Shown here one piece after another: positions 14,436-26,453 of a DNA stretch of 64,000 bases. The translations under genes and the position numbers were made by a program. Within the stretch, counting starts at the first letter, position 1. The number at the start of each line of letters is the position of its first letter. This stretch comes from an uncultured Christensenellaceae bacterium (GTDB taxonomy: Bacteria; Bacillota; Clostridia; Christensenellales; DTU072): positions 32,818 through 96,817 of the forward strand of contig CAZTFQ010000004.1 in assembly GCA_964613035.1 (NCBI GenBank). Direction: 5' to 3'. The notes under the pieces were generated by a model. The model searched no databases and was not told the DNA's origin. It saw only the letters and a list, made by a program, of their open reading frames with translations.

Positions 14436-14738
14436 CTATTTATATAATTTTAATATTCTTTTATATTTAGAGGCGAGCTCGATTATATACCGCTCTTTTT
14501 CAATCTCGTCCAATGTGTCGAAATAGGCTTGATCCGTCAATCTTTTTATAGGATCCAGCACCGGTTCTTCGGACGCGGCGATTTCTTCTACTATAGATCT
14601 GAGGCGTAATTCTTCCGTATCGTCGCGTTCGGATGCAATATTAACCAATTTCTGAACGTCGACGGGTTTACCTATAGAATATTCGTAATTTTTCAATCTC
14701 TTCTTAGCTTCTCTCGCGTAATCTTTGAGTGTAGGCAT
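14436..14738 (-). CDS. Hypothetical protein (100 aa)
   Basis: ATG with GGAGG RBS at 14743-14747; no family recognised. Confidence 0.7.
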   Translation of the reverse strand: MPTLKDYAREAKKRLKNYEYSIGKPVDVQKLVNIASERDDTEELRLRSIVEEIAASEEPVLDPIKRLTDQAYFDTLDEIEKERYIIELASKYKRILKLYK

Positions 14739-14748
14739 AGATCCTCCG

Positions 14749-14781
14749 AAAACAAAGAGAGCTCCGTTTCCGTGCTCTCTT
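14749..14781 (-). terminator. Intrinsic terminator after rpsU
   Basis: AAGAGAGC...GCTCTCTT stem followed by TGTTTT on minus strand. Confidence 0.7.
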
Positions 14782-14799
14782 ATGTAATTTCACATTGAA

Positions 14800-14976
14800 T
14801 TATTTGTACATTCTCTTTCTTGCCGCTTCGGCTTTTTTCTTTCTTCTTACGCTGGGCTTCTCGTATTGCTCTTTTTTACGGAGGTCACCGATAATACCGT
14901 CGTTAGCGCACTTTTTCTTCCATCTACGGATTGCGCTGTCTAAAGATTCGTTATCTCTGACATAAACAGTGGACAT
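14800..14976 (-). CDS. rpsU: 30S ribosomal protein S21
   Basis: Not in ORF track (58 aa); [58 protein letters not shown]; GGAGGTG RBS. Confidence 0.96.
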   Translation of the reverse strand: MSTVYVRDNESLDSAIRRWKKKCANDGIIGDLRKKEQYEKPSVRRKKKAEAARKRMYK

Positions 14977-15011
14977 AGTATTTCACCTCCTCACAACTTT
15001 TTAACATTGAT

Positions 15012-15040
15012 AATATACCCCTAAACATCTTGTTTGTCAA
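15012..15040 (-). promoter_or_regulatory. Sigma-A promoter of rpsU
   Basis: TTGACA-17 nt-TATATT on minus strand. Confidence 0.7.
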
Positions 15041-15056
15041 CGATTATATATTAAAT

Positions 15057-15398
15057 TCAGGACATTTTTTCGGATAATTGCTCTCCTCCCAAAACGTGGA
15101 TATGCAAATGATTGACACTCTGACATCCGAAAGAACCTTTGTTGGAAACGATACGGTATCCTCCTTCCAGTCCCAATGACGGCGCAACCGTTGCGAAATC
15201 GTGCAAAACTCCTGCCAATTCCGAAGGATTTTCAAATGCCATTTCCTCAAGATTGGCATAATGTTTTTTAGGTATAACTAGCAAATGAATCCTTGCCTGA
15301 GGATTGATATCCTTGATAATAATCATATTATCGTTTTCGAAAACTTTTTCGGAGGGAATCTCCCCGCACGCTATTTTGCAAAACAAACAATCAGTCAT
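15057..15398 (-). CDS. Histidine triad (HIT) nucleotide-binding protein
   Basis: DCLFCKI, HLLVIPK, QSVNHLHIHVLGG. Confidence 0.95.
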   Translation of the reverse strand: MTDCLFCKIACGEIPSEKVFENDNMIIIKDINPQARIHLLVIPKKHYANLEEMAFENPSELAGVLHDFATVAPSLGLEGGYRIVSNKGSFGCQSVNHLHIHVLGGEQLSEKMS

Positions 15399-16425
15399 TT
15401 TTTACTCCTTTTTCATTTAATTTTTTCTTCAATTCCGTCAATAGAATCCTACGTTTTTCTACAATTTCCGGCGATATCGGCGGCATATCGTAAGCTTTGG
15501 TTCCTTCTCTCCGAGAGAATACGAAAATATGTATATCCGAAAATCCTACTTTTTCTATAAACTTCATCGTATTTTCGTTAGACTCATCCGTTTCGGACGG
15601 AAAACCTACTATAATGTCCGTAGTCAAGCGCGCATCGGGAAAATATTTCTTTATTTCGCACACTTTGGAATAGTATTCGTCTGTATCGTATTTTCTGCCC
15701 ATGGTACGCAAAACTTCGTCATCTCCGCTCTGCAAAGACAAATGAAACTCGGGAGAGAAGCAATATAAATCTTTTAATGCTGCCAAAAGCTCTTCGTTGA
15801 TGCCTTCTACGTAAAAAGAACCTATACTCAACGGGACTTCCGCGCATTTTAATCGTCTCATCAAAGCCGCCAAATTCGTTCCCGTATCCAAACCGTACTT
15901 AGCAATATTTATGCCGGTTATAACGACTTCTTTACCTTCTTTTTCCGCTTGCAAAACGTCTCTTACTATATCATCTTCTTTTCTGGATCGACTCTGTCCT
16001 CTCAGATATGGTATAACGCAATACGTGCAAAAATTATCACACCCGTCCTGTACGTTAACGTAAGCTTTTTTTCGTTCCGTATACAAACCGTTTTCTTTAA
16101 TATCCAATTCTCGGAATATATCGAATTTATCTCCTGTTCCGTATATTCCGTCTAGATGAAGATTATCGAATTGATTACGATTTTTTTCCGCCGCACAACC
16201 GCAAACGTAAACTTTAGCCTGAGGATTATAACGTCTGGCTCTGGTTATCAGTTGACGAGATTTACGTTCGGCTTCTCGAGTTACAGCACACGTATTGAGT
16301 ATATATAAATCTGCATACTCCAACTTATCGGAAACCTCGTATCCTGCACCTTTTAACCCTGCGGCAATAACGTCGCTTTCGTATTGATTGACTCTGCACC
16401 CGAGAGTAAAAACTACGGCTTTCAT
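15391..16425 (-). CDS. mtaB: tRNA methylthiotransferase MtaB-like radical SAM protein (short, no evident TRAM domain)
   Basis: LGCRVNQYES, NTCAVT, CDNFCTYC, HLSLQSG, DIIVGFP; prmA-rsmE-mtaB synteny. Confidence 0.85.
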   Translation of the reverse strand: MKAVVFTLGCRVNQYESDVIAAGLKGAGYEVSDKLEYADLYILNTCAVTREAERKSRQLITRARRYNPQAKVYVCGCAAEKNRNQFDNLHLDGIYGTGDKFDIFRELDIKENGLYTERKKAYVNVQDGCDNFCTYCVIPYLRGQSRSRKEDDIVRDVLQAEKEGKEVVITGINIAKYGLDTGTNLAALMRRLKCAEVPLSIGSFYVEGINEELLAALKDLYCFSPEFHLSLQSGDDEVLRTMGRKYDTDEYYSKVCEIKKYFPDARLTTDIIVGFPSETDESNENTMKFIEKVGFSDIHIFVFSRREGTKAYDMPPISPEIVEKRRILLTELKKKLNEKGVKND

Positions 16426-17135
16426 TACAATTCACCCGATGCGTCCAGCGCTAACGTCAACGCCGATATGGTTGCGGTCTCCGCGCGCAAAATACGTTTT
16501 CCGAGGGTCACGGTTTTGTACCCGCACTTAACGGCATCGCTTATTTCGGTTTCCGAAAATCCTCCTTCGGGACCTATAAGTAAGACTATCGTATCGTCGT
16601 CATCACATAATATATCTTTTATTCTTCCCTCGGTCGCATTCTCGTAAGGTAATATTTTATTTTTATATTCCTTAGTATATTCCAAAGCTTCCGATAAGGT
16701 CATTGTATCTTTTACGGTCATCAAACGCCCTCTTTCGCACTGCTTAATAGCCTGTCCGGCAATACGGCGAGCTCTGTCTATATCCAGTTTGGCATTGACG
16801 TATCGAGTAACGATCGGGATAAATTCCGTTACGCCTAACTCTACAGCCTTTTGAATAATAAAGTCGCTCTCCTTAACAATTGAAGACAACAAAACGAAAC
16901 GACGCTTGGTTTCATTGCCGTTAACGATTTTTTCCGTTATCCTGACTCGACAATAATCTTTGCCGATCTCGTCTATAACTCCGTATAAATCATATCCGGC
17001 GCCCGCGGACAGAATCACTGTATAACCTAGCTTCTGTCTCAGAACCTTGGTCGCATGCAAAAACTCATCGCCTCTGATATAAGCGAAATCGTTGTCTATA
17101 TCGTCGACGTTAATAAAAAATCTTTTAATATCCAT
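16425..17135 (-). CDS. rsmE: 16S rRNA m3U1498 methyltransferase
   Basis: QKAVELGV, IGPEGGFS, LGKRILRAETA. Confidence 0.95.
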   Translation of the reverse strand: MDIKRFFINVDDIDNDFAYIRGDEFLHATKVLRQKLGYTVILSAGAGYDLYGVIDEIGKDYCRVRITEKIVNGNETKRRFVLLSSIVKESDFIIQKAVELGVTEFIPIVTRYVNAKLDIDRARRIAGQAIKQCERGRLMTVKDTMTLSEALEYTKEYKNKILPYENATEGRIKDILCDDDDTIVLLIGPEGGFSETEISDAVKCGYKTVTLGKRILRAETATISALTLALDASGEL

Positions 17136-18051
17136 ATTTTTTTAAGAGTGCGCCGCTCCATTCTCCGCGAGTTTCAGTTTTTATCACTCTAAACCCCGCA
17201 TTGAGAAAAGCTGTCTGTAGATTTTCCATTCTATCGGATAAAATTCCAGAAATTACAAGTTTGCCGTTAATCTTTAACGCATCGGATATTTTATTTACGA
17301 GTTTCGATAAAATATCCGCAGTCAGATTGGCTAAAACTACGTCGTTGTCTTTAGTAAATTCTACCTTAAAGGCATCTTCGACAACACACTCGGTCGTGTT
17401 AGATACGTCGTTTAGCGCAACGTTTTCGTTCGCATTATCGATTGCCGCCGCATCGTAATCGGACAATCTGACTTTAAAAGCACCGCTTTTTGCAGCGGCA
17501 ATTCCCAATATTCCGCTCCCAGTACCGATATCCAAAACATCAGAATTATTAAAATCGATATCGTTCATTAAATATAAAGCTATAGCGGTGCTTGCATGCT
17601 GACCGGTACCGAATCCCGACGACGGATTGATATATACGATATTATTATCGTCATTGATAGTTTTTTCCCAAATCGGAACGATAGAGTACTTTCCTTCCGT
17701 TACTATTCCGTAATTGTTTTTCCAATCGTTTTCCCAGTCTTTTTCTTCGAAATATTCAACAACGATATCTCGCTTATCGACCGAGATGCCGTTTTTCAAC
17801 AAAATAGCGGCAAGACCCGACGATGCGTCGGCGGCGGAATCTTCCGTCACGACACATCTTGCATAAGGTCTACCGCTCTCTTTTTTTATGACTTTTTCAT
17901 CGAGATAGTCCCAAGAAAAATCTTTAAGAATCTCGTCGATATCCTCGGCGTCGAACACTTCTACGCCCCCGTCGGAAACCGCCCACATTAAGTCGGCGAT
18001 TTTTTCTACGGTATTTTTTTCGGAATAAACGGTTATAGAAGCATATCTCAT
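17125..18051 (-). CDS. prmA: Ribosomal protein L11 methyltransferase
   Basis: FGTGQHAST, LDIGTGSGIL, ANL, SGIL; follows dnaJ. Confidence 0.92.
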   Translation of the reverse strand: MRYASITVYSEKNTVEKIADLMWAVSDGGVEVFDAEDIDEILKDFSWDYLDEKVIKKESGRPYARCVVTEDSAADASSGLAAILLKNGISVDKRDIVVEYFEEKDWENDWKNNYGIVTEGKYSIVPIWEKTINDDNNIVYINPSSGFGTGQHASTAIALYLMNDIDFNNSDVLDIGTGSGILGIAAAKSGAFKVRLSDYDAAAIDNANENVALNDVSNTTECVVEDAFKVEFTKDNDVVLANLTADILSKLVNKISDALKINGKLVISGILSDRMENLQTAFLNAGFRVIKTETRGEWSGALLKKYGY

Positions 18052-19208
18052 TATTTCATATTTTTAAGAATTTTATTATATTTTTCTATTCTGTCTTGTC
18101 TTACTCCGGTCATAGAAGATGATAGCTCTTCAAAAGCCTTCTTCTGCTTAGACGTGAGCCCTTTCGGAATATCTACGGTAATGGTTACGTACATATCACC
18201 GTATTGCTCTTTATTAATAACCTTGACACCTTTTCCCGCGAAGCGAAACACTTTTCCGTTAGGGGTACCTTCGGGAAGATTAAAATCAATCATTCCGTTC
18301 AGTCCCGGAATAGAAAGCTTTTTACCGAGTATCGCATCGAAAACCGATACCGGTAAATCCAGATATATGTCATATCCTTTACGCTCGAACATAGGACTGG
18401 GCGCAACCTTACATATCAAGAACAAATTACCGTTGGCTCCGCGACCTTTTCCTGCGTGCCCTTCGTGAGGCTTGGTTAAGGTCTTACCGTTATCCATTCC
18501 GGCGGGGAATTTAACCTTTAAAGTAGTACGATTTTTGACACGCCCTTTTCCTCCGCAATCGGGACACGGATTGGTAACGATTTTTCCGCTACCGCCGCAA
18601 TCGGGACATACCTGACGTGACTGCATCATCCCGAACAATGTCCGCTGATTGATGTTTACGTATCCCAAACCTCCGCATTTGGGGCACGTTTTGTAAGCAG
18701 AAGTATCTTTTGCTCCGGTACCTTTACAATGGGCGCATTTTTCTATTCTAGAAAAAGTTATCTCTTTTTCACAGCCGAAAACAGCCTCTTCGAAGGTTAA
18801 ATTGACCTGTATCTCGATATCGTCGCCGTCGCGATCGTTGCTGCCGGTACCGCCGCTTCTGGACGCACCGCTGAATCCTCCTCCGAAAATATTAGAAAAA
18901 ATATCTTCGAATCCCGAGAAATCTCCGCCTCCGAAGCCACCGAATCCGCCGGAACCGCCCGTAAACTGAGGTCCGTTTTCGTCTCCGTACTGGTCATACG
19001 CAGCCTTCTTGTCGGCATCGCTCAATACCTCGTAAGCATGAGATATATCTTTGAACTTTTCCTCGGCTTCTTTCTTTTCGGCGTCGCTTTTCGTAGCATA
19101 TACGTCGGGGTGATACTTTTTCGCTAAACGACGATATGCGGACTTGATATCGTCCGCACTCGCGTTTTTGTCTACACCCAATATACCGTAATAATCTTTA
19201 TTGGCCAT
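18051..19208 (-). CDS. dnaJ: Chaperone DnaJ
   Basis: J-domain HPD, G/F region, four CxxCxGxG repeats. Confidence 0.98.
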   Translation of the reverse strand: MANKDYYGILGVDKNASADDIKSAYRRLAKKYHPDVYATKSDAEKKEAEEKFKDISHAYEVLSDADKKAAYDQYGDENGPQFTGGSGGFGGFGGGDFSGFEDIFSNIFGGGFSGASRSGGTGSNDRDGDDIEIQVNLTFEEAVFGCEKEITFSRIEKCAHCKGTGAKDTSAYKTCPKCGGLGYVNINQRTLFGMMQSRQVCPDCGGSGKIVTNPCPDCGGKGRVKNRTTLKVKFPAGMDNGKTLTKPHEGHAGKGRGANGNLFLICKVAPSPMFERKGYDIYLDLPVSVFDAILGKKLSIPGLNGMIDFNLPEGTPNGKVFRFAGKGVKVINKEQYGDMYVTITVDIPKGLTSKQKKAFEELSSSMTGVRQDRIEKYNKILKNMK

Positions 19209-19217
19209 ATACTTATT

Positions 19218-21584
<2,367 letters not shown>

Positions 21585-21592
<8 letters not shown>

Positions 21593-22616
21593 TATCGTCT
21601 CCTTTTTTATTTAGCGAGTCCAAACCTTTTGCGATATACTTAAGTACGGAAGTTACTTTGCCGTAATTCATACGCTCCGGTCCTATTACGCCTGCGTGTC
21701 CCATCTCTTTACCGCCGATCTTGTATACAGCCGTAACTATGGCACAATTATCCAAACCGCCGTTCTCGTCGCGCCCGACTTTTACCGATATTTCTATATC
21801 CTCGTCGCGGTCTATCAATGCGCCGATTTCGTTTTTCTTCTCAATCAACGCAACGAAATTCCTCGCTCCTTCTATATCGGTATCCTCGTGCTCGATCATT
21901 TTAGAAGCGCCCTCGATTACAACGTTTTTTTCGTTATTTTCGGAATAGCGATCCAATATCGAAATTAAATTCTGATACAGCTCCTTAATCGAAGATAATT
22001 CTTTTTCCACTATCTCGTCGGGGTGTTTGATTTCATATACCGTCTTACCCGAGAAAATTTTATTGAGCAGATTGGCAGCGTCTTTGATGCCCTGTTCGCC
22101 TACGGGAGTCGACATCGTAATAACGTTGTCTCTTATTATTCCTGAATCGGTAATAATAATTATCAACGCGCTGTTTTCGTCAAGTCCGACCAACTTAATT
22201 TCTTTAATCGTAACTTTATTGATGTTTTTCAAAACGATTACGGAAGTATAATTGGTAATATCGGATATAACTTTAGCCGTACGCTTGACTACGTCTTCGA
22301 CCTCTGCAAAATGCTCGTTGAAAGAGTTTTCTATAAAACTTATCTCTCCGGGAGTCAAAGGATTTTCTTCCAAAAACTCACTTACGTACAGTTGATACGC
22401 GTCCTTAGAGGGAATGCGTCCCGCCGACGTATGAGGCTGAATCAGATATCCCATATCCTCAAGCGTCGACAATTCCGCTCGTATCGTCGCGGAACTCACT
22501 TCTCCGAAGTGCCTTTCTTTAATTCCGCCGCTCGACACGGGTGCCGCGGTCTCGATATATTCTTCGACAACGGCTTTTAATATTCTTTTTTTTCTCTCGG
22601 ACAGCCCGGTTTTCAT
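21585..22616 (-). CDS. hrcA: Heat-inducible transcription repressor
   Basis: SSATIRAE, QPHTSAGRIP, GVIGPERMNY. Confidence 0.96.
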
Positions 22617-22649
22617 CTTCTACCTTCTAGCAATCTTTTTTTATAATTG

Positions 22650-22676
22650 TTAGCACTCGTATCAACTGATTGCTAA
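22650..22676. promoter_or_regulatory. CIRCE element (HrcA operator)
   Basis: TTAGCACTC-N9-GATTGCTAA, one mismatch to consensus TTAGCACTC-N9-GAGTGCTAA, just upstream of hrcA. Confidence 0.93.
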
Positions 22677-22677
22677 T

Positions 22678-22706
22678 ATTATATAATCAGTATTCCCGTT
22701 TGTCAA
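22678..22706 (-). promoter_or_regulatory. Sigma-A promoter of hrcA-grpE-dnaK operon
   Basis: Perfect TTGACA-17 nt-TATAAT immediately upstream of CIRCE. Confidence 0.88.
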
Positions 22707-22746
22707 TAAAAATTCCGAAAAACATCAAAAAAATTTGTAGAAATTT

Positions 22747-23853
22747 TTATAAATTAAAAAGCTTCCTTAAAATTGCGTTTTGTATAAGAAAATAATCTCT
22801 TTTCAGAAGAAAACAATCTCCGTCGATTTCAAAAAAACTCTCGATACCGTGCATTGTATCGGCATATCTTTCAAGCACGTCAACCCCGTATTGTCTATAT
22901 GCTTCGGACAAACTTATTCCGCGATTCAATCTAAGTCCAAGCATAACATACTCGTCGATTCCGTTGATGTAATTATCGGTTTCGTATACCGATTTATCGT
23001 TACCGGAATGTATTCCGTCTATATATTTCTTGATATCGGCTATATTATAATATCTAATTCCGTCCATATATCCGTGAGCCCCGGGACCTATTGCGATATA
23101 TTCGTCGAGATTCCAATATTTAAGATTGTGCAAACTTTCTTTTCCGAGTAAGGAAAAATTACTTATTTCGTATTGCATTAAACCGTTATTTTCCAAAACG
23201 TCTACTACGCTCGAATAGATGTCCGCAACGATGTCGTCATCTGGAAGAGATACTTTACCCTGTTCGACTTTTTTCGATAAAACGGTACGATCTTCGAGTT
23301 TTAGCATATAACAAGAAATATGATCTACAAAAGGTATTATTTCTTCCAACGTCGTTTTTACGTCGTCTATATCCGAATCGGGAAAACCTATCATAACGTC
23401 GGCGCTTACGGAATACCCGGACTCTCGAGCTCTTATAAGAGTTTCTAGCGCTTGCGCCGCCGTATGTCTTCTTCCCATTTTTTTCAATACGTCGTTATTA
23501 GTGCTCTGCACTCCTATGCTTATACGAGACACTCCTAAATTTTTATACAGTTCCAATTCGTCAGAAACTTCGGGATTAACCTCAAGAGTAAATTCTTTAA
23601 TATCGGTTTTGAAAGATTCGAATATAGCATCCGTCAAAGTTTTCAGTTGCTCGTACGACAAAATCGACGGAGTACCTCCGCCGAAATATACGGTATCTAT
23701 AATTCTGTCGGAATATTTTTTTGAAACAAGTTTGATTTCTTCGACAGCCGCTGTTATATATGCATCGACAAGCGAGCGATTACCTACGGAATAAAAATCA
23801 CAATAAGTACATTTAGCCGCGCAAAACGGAACGTGAAGATATAATCCTGCCAT
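22747..23853 (-). CDS. hemW: Radical SAM heme chaperone HemW (HemN-like)
   Basis: LYLHVPFCAAKCTYCDF, GGGTPS, YEISNF, HNLKYW; lepA-hemW-hrcA order. Confidence 0.92.
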   Translation of the reverse strand: MAGLYLHVPFCAAKCTYCDFYSVGNRSLVDAYITAAVEEIKLVSKKYSDRIIDTVYFGGGTPSILSYEQLKTLTDAIFESFKTDIKEFTLEVNPEVSDELELYKNLGVSRISIGVQSTNNDVLKKMGRRHTAAQALETLIRARESGYSVSADVMIGFPDSDIDDVKTTLEEIIPFVDHISCYMLKLEDRTVLSKKVEQGKVSLPDDDIVADIYSSVVDVLENNGLMQYEISNFSLLGKESLHNLKYWNLDEYIAIGPGAHGYMDGIRYYNIADIKKYIDGIHSGNDKSVYETDNYINGIDEYVMLGLRLNRGISLSEAYRQYGVDVLERYADTMHGIESFFEIDGDCFLLKRDYFLIQNAILRKLFNL

Positions 23854-25655
23854 TATTTATCGATACGGAGTATAGACATAAACGCTTCCGAAGGTATCTC
23901 TACGCTACCTACCTGACGCATACGCTTCTTGCCTTCTTTTTGTTTTTCGAGAAGTTTTTTCTTACGAGTAATATCTCCTCCGTAACACTTGGCGAGGACG
24001 TCTTTTCTGAGAGCTTTAACAGTCTCTCGCGCGATTATCTTTCCGCCGATACACGCCTGTATGGGTATCTCAAACATTTGTCTCGGGATGACGTCTTTTA
24101 GTTTTTCGGCGATTCCCCTACCTCTGGCATATGCTTGATCGCGATGCACGATAAGAGACAACGCGTCGCAAATATCGCCGTTAAGCATCATATCCAACTT
24201 GACTAAAGCGTCCGCTTGATATCCGGCAAAGTCATAATCGAGACTGGCGTAGCCGCGTGTTCTGGATTTAAGATTGTCAAAGAAATCATAGATAATTTCA
24301 GAAAGCGGAATTATATAATCCAACCTACACCTTGAAGTATCCAAATATGTAAGATTTTTATAAACGCCTCTCTTATTCTGACATAACTCCATAATGGCTC
24401 CGACGTATTCCGGAGGCGTGAAAATCTGCGCATTGACGATAGGCTCTTCTATCCTGTCTATCTCTGCAGGATTAGGAAGAGAACTGGGGTTGTCTACCAT
24501 GAGAATTTCCCCGTTGGTCTTAACCACTCTGTACGAGACGCTCGGTGCGGTGGTAACCAAATCTAAATCGAATTCTCTTTCAAGACGCTCTTCAATGATT
24601 TCCATATGAAGAAGACCTAAAAATCCGCAACGGAAACCGAATCCCAAAGCGCCCGAAGTCTCCATTTCGAATTCAAGAGCCGCATCGTTGAGTTGAAGTT
24701 TTTCGAGAGCGTCCCTTAAATCGTTATATTTAGAACCGTCGGCAGGATATATACCGGCAAACACCATCGAGCTGACTTTCTTGTATCCTTTAAGCGGCTC
24801 CTCCGTAGGATTATCCGCAAGAGTTATAGTATCGCCGACAGCCGTATCTCTGACGTTTTTTATGCTAGCCGTAACGTAACCGACGTCGCCTGCCGATAAT
24901 TCCGCACGCGGTTGCATCTGAGGCGAAAAGACTCCGACTTCGGTTACCTCGAATTCTTTCCCAGTCGACATCATTTTGATTTTATCGCCGGCTTTAATCT
25001 TGCCGTCCACTATTCTGACGTTACAAATGGCACCTTTATAATTATCGTACAAGCTGTCGAAAATCAATGCCTTAAGAGGTAGATTTTCATCGCCGGACGG
25101 AGCCGGAAGACGTTCTATCACCTGTTCTATCACCTGCTCGATATTGATACCTTCCTTAGCGCTAATCAAAGGAGCCTCGGATGCTTCTATACCTATTACG
25201 TCTTCTATTTCCTGTCGGACCAATTCGGGTTCGGCAGACGGTAAATCTATTTTATTGATTACGGGAAGTATCTCCAAGTCGTTATCTACGGCAAGATACA
25301 CGTTGGTTAACGTTTGAGCTTCCACGCCTTGCGTCGCATCGACTATTAAAATAGCGCCTTCGCACGCGGCAAGACTCCTAGAGACTTCATATGTAAAGTC
25401 AACGTGTCCCGGAGTATCTATGAGATTAAGAGTGTAGCGTTTTCCTTTATGGTCGTAATGCATGGTAACGGGAGTGAGTTTTATCGTTATGCCTCGCTCT
25501 CGTTCTATATCCATACTGTCGAGCAATTGAGCTTTCATATCTCTGTCGGCTACTTGACCCGTTTTCTGTATGATACGGTCGGCAAGCGTCGACTTGCCGT
25601 GATCGATATGAGCTACTATGCAAAAATTTCGAATGAGACTCTGTCTATTATCCAT
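23853..25655 (-). CDS. lepA: Elongation factor 4
   Basis: [43 protein letters not shown]; start placed at ATG 25655 rather than 25691. Confidence 0.98.
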   Translation of the reverse strand: MDNRQSLIRNFCIVAHIDHGKSTLADRIIQKTGQVADRDMKAQLLDSMDIERERGITIKLTPVTMHYDHKGKRYTLNLIDTPGHVDFTYEVSRSLAACEGAILIVDATQGVEAQTLTNVYLAVDNDLEILPVINKIDLPSAEPELVRQEIEDVIGIEASEAPLISAKEGINIEQVIEQVIERLPAPSGDENLPLKALIFDSLYDNYKGAICNVRIVDGKIKAGDKIKMMSTGKEFEVTEVGVFSPQMQPRAELSAGDVGYVTASIKNVRDTAVGDTITLADNPTEEPLKGYKKVSSMVFAGIYPADGSKYNDLRDALEKLQLNDAALEFEMETSGALGFGFRCGFLGLLHMEIIEERLEREFDLDLVTTAPSVSYRVVKTNGEILMVDNPSSLPNPAEIDRIEEPIVNAQIFTPPEYVGAIMELCQNKRGVYKNLTYLDTSRCRLDYIIPLSEIIYDFFDNLKSRTRGYASLDYDFAGYQADALVKLDMMLNGDICDALSLIVHRDQAYARGRGIAEKLKDVIPRQMFEIPIQACIGGKIIARETVKALRKDVLAKCYGGDITRKKKLLEKQKEGKKRMRQVGSVEIPSEAFMSILRIDK

Positions 25656-25662
25656 ATTTTTT

Positions 25663-25691
25663 ATTATAAGAAAAATAACTATTTTTAGCAA
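25663..25691 (-). promoter_or_regulatory. Sigma-A promoter of lepA (predicts leaderless mRNA)
   Basis: TTGCTA-17 nt-TATAAT, then 7 nt to ATG; no SD. Confidence 0.65.
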
Positions 25692-25750
25692 GGATAAAAA
25701 TAACGTTTACCTAATCAAAAAATAATGTTACAATAATTGTCGAGGTGTAT

Positions 25751-26347
25751 ATGGAAAAATTATTAAAAAATCTTAAATCAAGAGGCTTCGAGCCCTACTA
25801 CGTCAACGATTGCGAAGAAGCCAAAAAGCTCATATCGGATCTCGTGCCCAAGGGATCTTCTATAGGTTTCGGCGGTAGCGTAACCGTGACGGAAATGGGA
25901 CTTCTCCCCTATCTTAGCGAACTCGGTTACGTACTGTATCACAGAAGTCTCCCCGACTATACGGCGGAAGACGTATATACTCTCAGCCATACAGCCGACT
26001 GGTTTTGCTCGAGTACCAACGCTCTGTGCGAATCCGGCGATCTTGTCAACATCGACGGAAGAGCCAATCGCGTAGCGGAAATGCTCTACGGACCTAAAAA
26101 CATATTGATAGTCTGCGGTGTAAACAAAATCGTTAAGACTATCGACGAAGGTATCTATCGCACAAGAAACGTCGCTTCTCCTAAAAACTGCGTTAAACTG
26201 GGCAAAAAAACTCCTTGCGCTGTTACCGGGAAATGTATGAATTGCAACAGTCCGGATACTATCTGTAAAGCAACCGTAATACAACATCATCCGACCAGCG
26301 GAAAAAGAGTCTGCATAGTAATTATCAACGAAAATTTAGGCTTCTGA
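25751..26347 (+). CDS. LUD-domain (LutC/YkgG-like) protein
   Basis: GFGGSVT, STNAL...G.LVNIDGRANRVA, GPK, GVNKIV, C-terminal Cys cluster; GAGGT RBS before ATG 25751. Confidence 0.85.
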   Translation: MEKLLKNLKSRGFEPYYVNDCEEAKKLISDLVPKGSSIGFGGSVTVTEMGLLPYLSELGYVLYHRSLPDYTAEDVYTLSHTADWFCSSTNALCESGDLVNIDGRANRVAEMLYGPKNILIVCGVNKIVKTIDEGIYRTRNVASPKNCVKLGKKTPCAVTGKCMNCNSPDTICKATVIQHHPTSGKRVCIVIINENLGF

Positions 26348-26399
26348 TAAATATCTTATACTACTAAATGTATTTGAAAATACAATTCGTCCCGTTATG

Positions 26400-26430
26400 A
26401 AAAAAAGCGAGAAATTTTCTCGCCTTTTTT
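26400..26430. terminator. Bidirectional intrinsic terminator between convergent genes
   Basis: A-run, GCGAGAA/TTCTCGC stem, T-run. Confidence 0.8.
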
Positions 26431-26453
26431 CTTAGATAATTCCTATCGTTTAT

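Noticed and set aside
25113-25140. Short direct repeat TCTATCACCTG x2 inside lepA
   Set aside because: Encodes [10 protein letters not shown] within a helix; only two copies, not an array
25656-25691. N-terminal extensions given by the ORF track for lepA (also comM 43661, trmD 49008, rnhB 47468)
   Set aside because: Extensions overlap promoter or upstream-gene sequence; downstream ATGs match family N-termini and, where present, RBS positions
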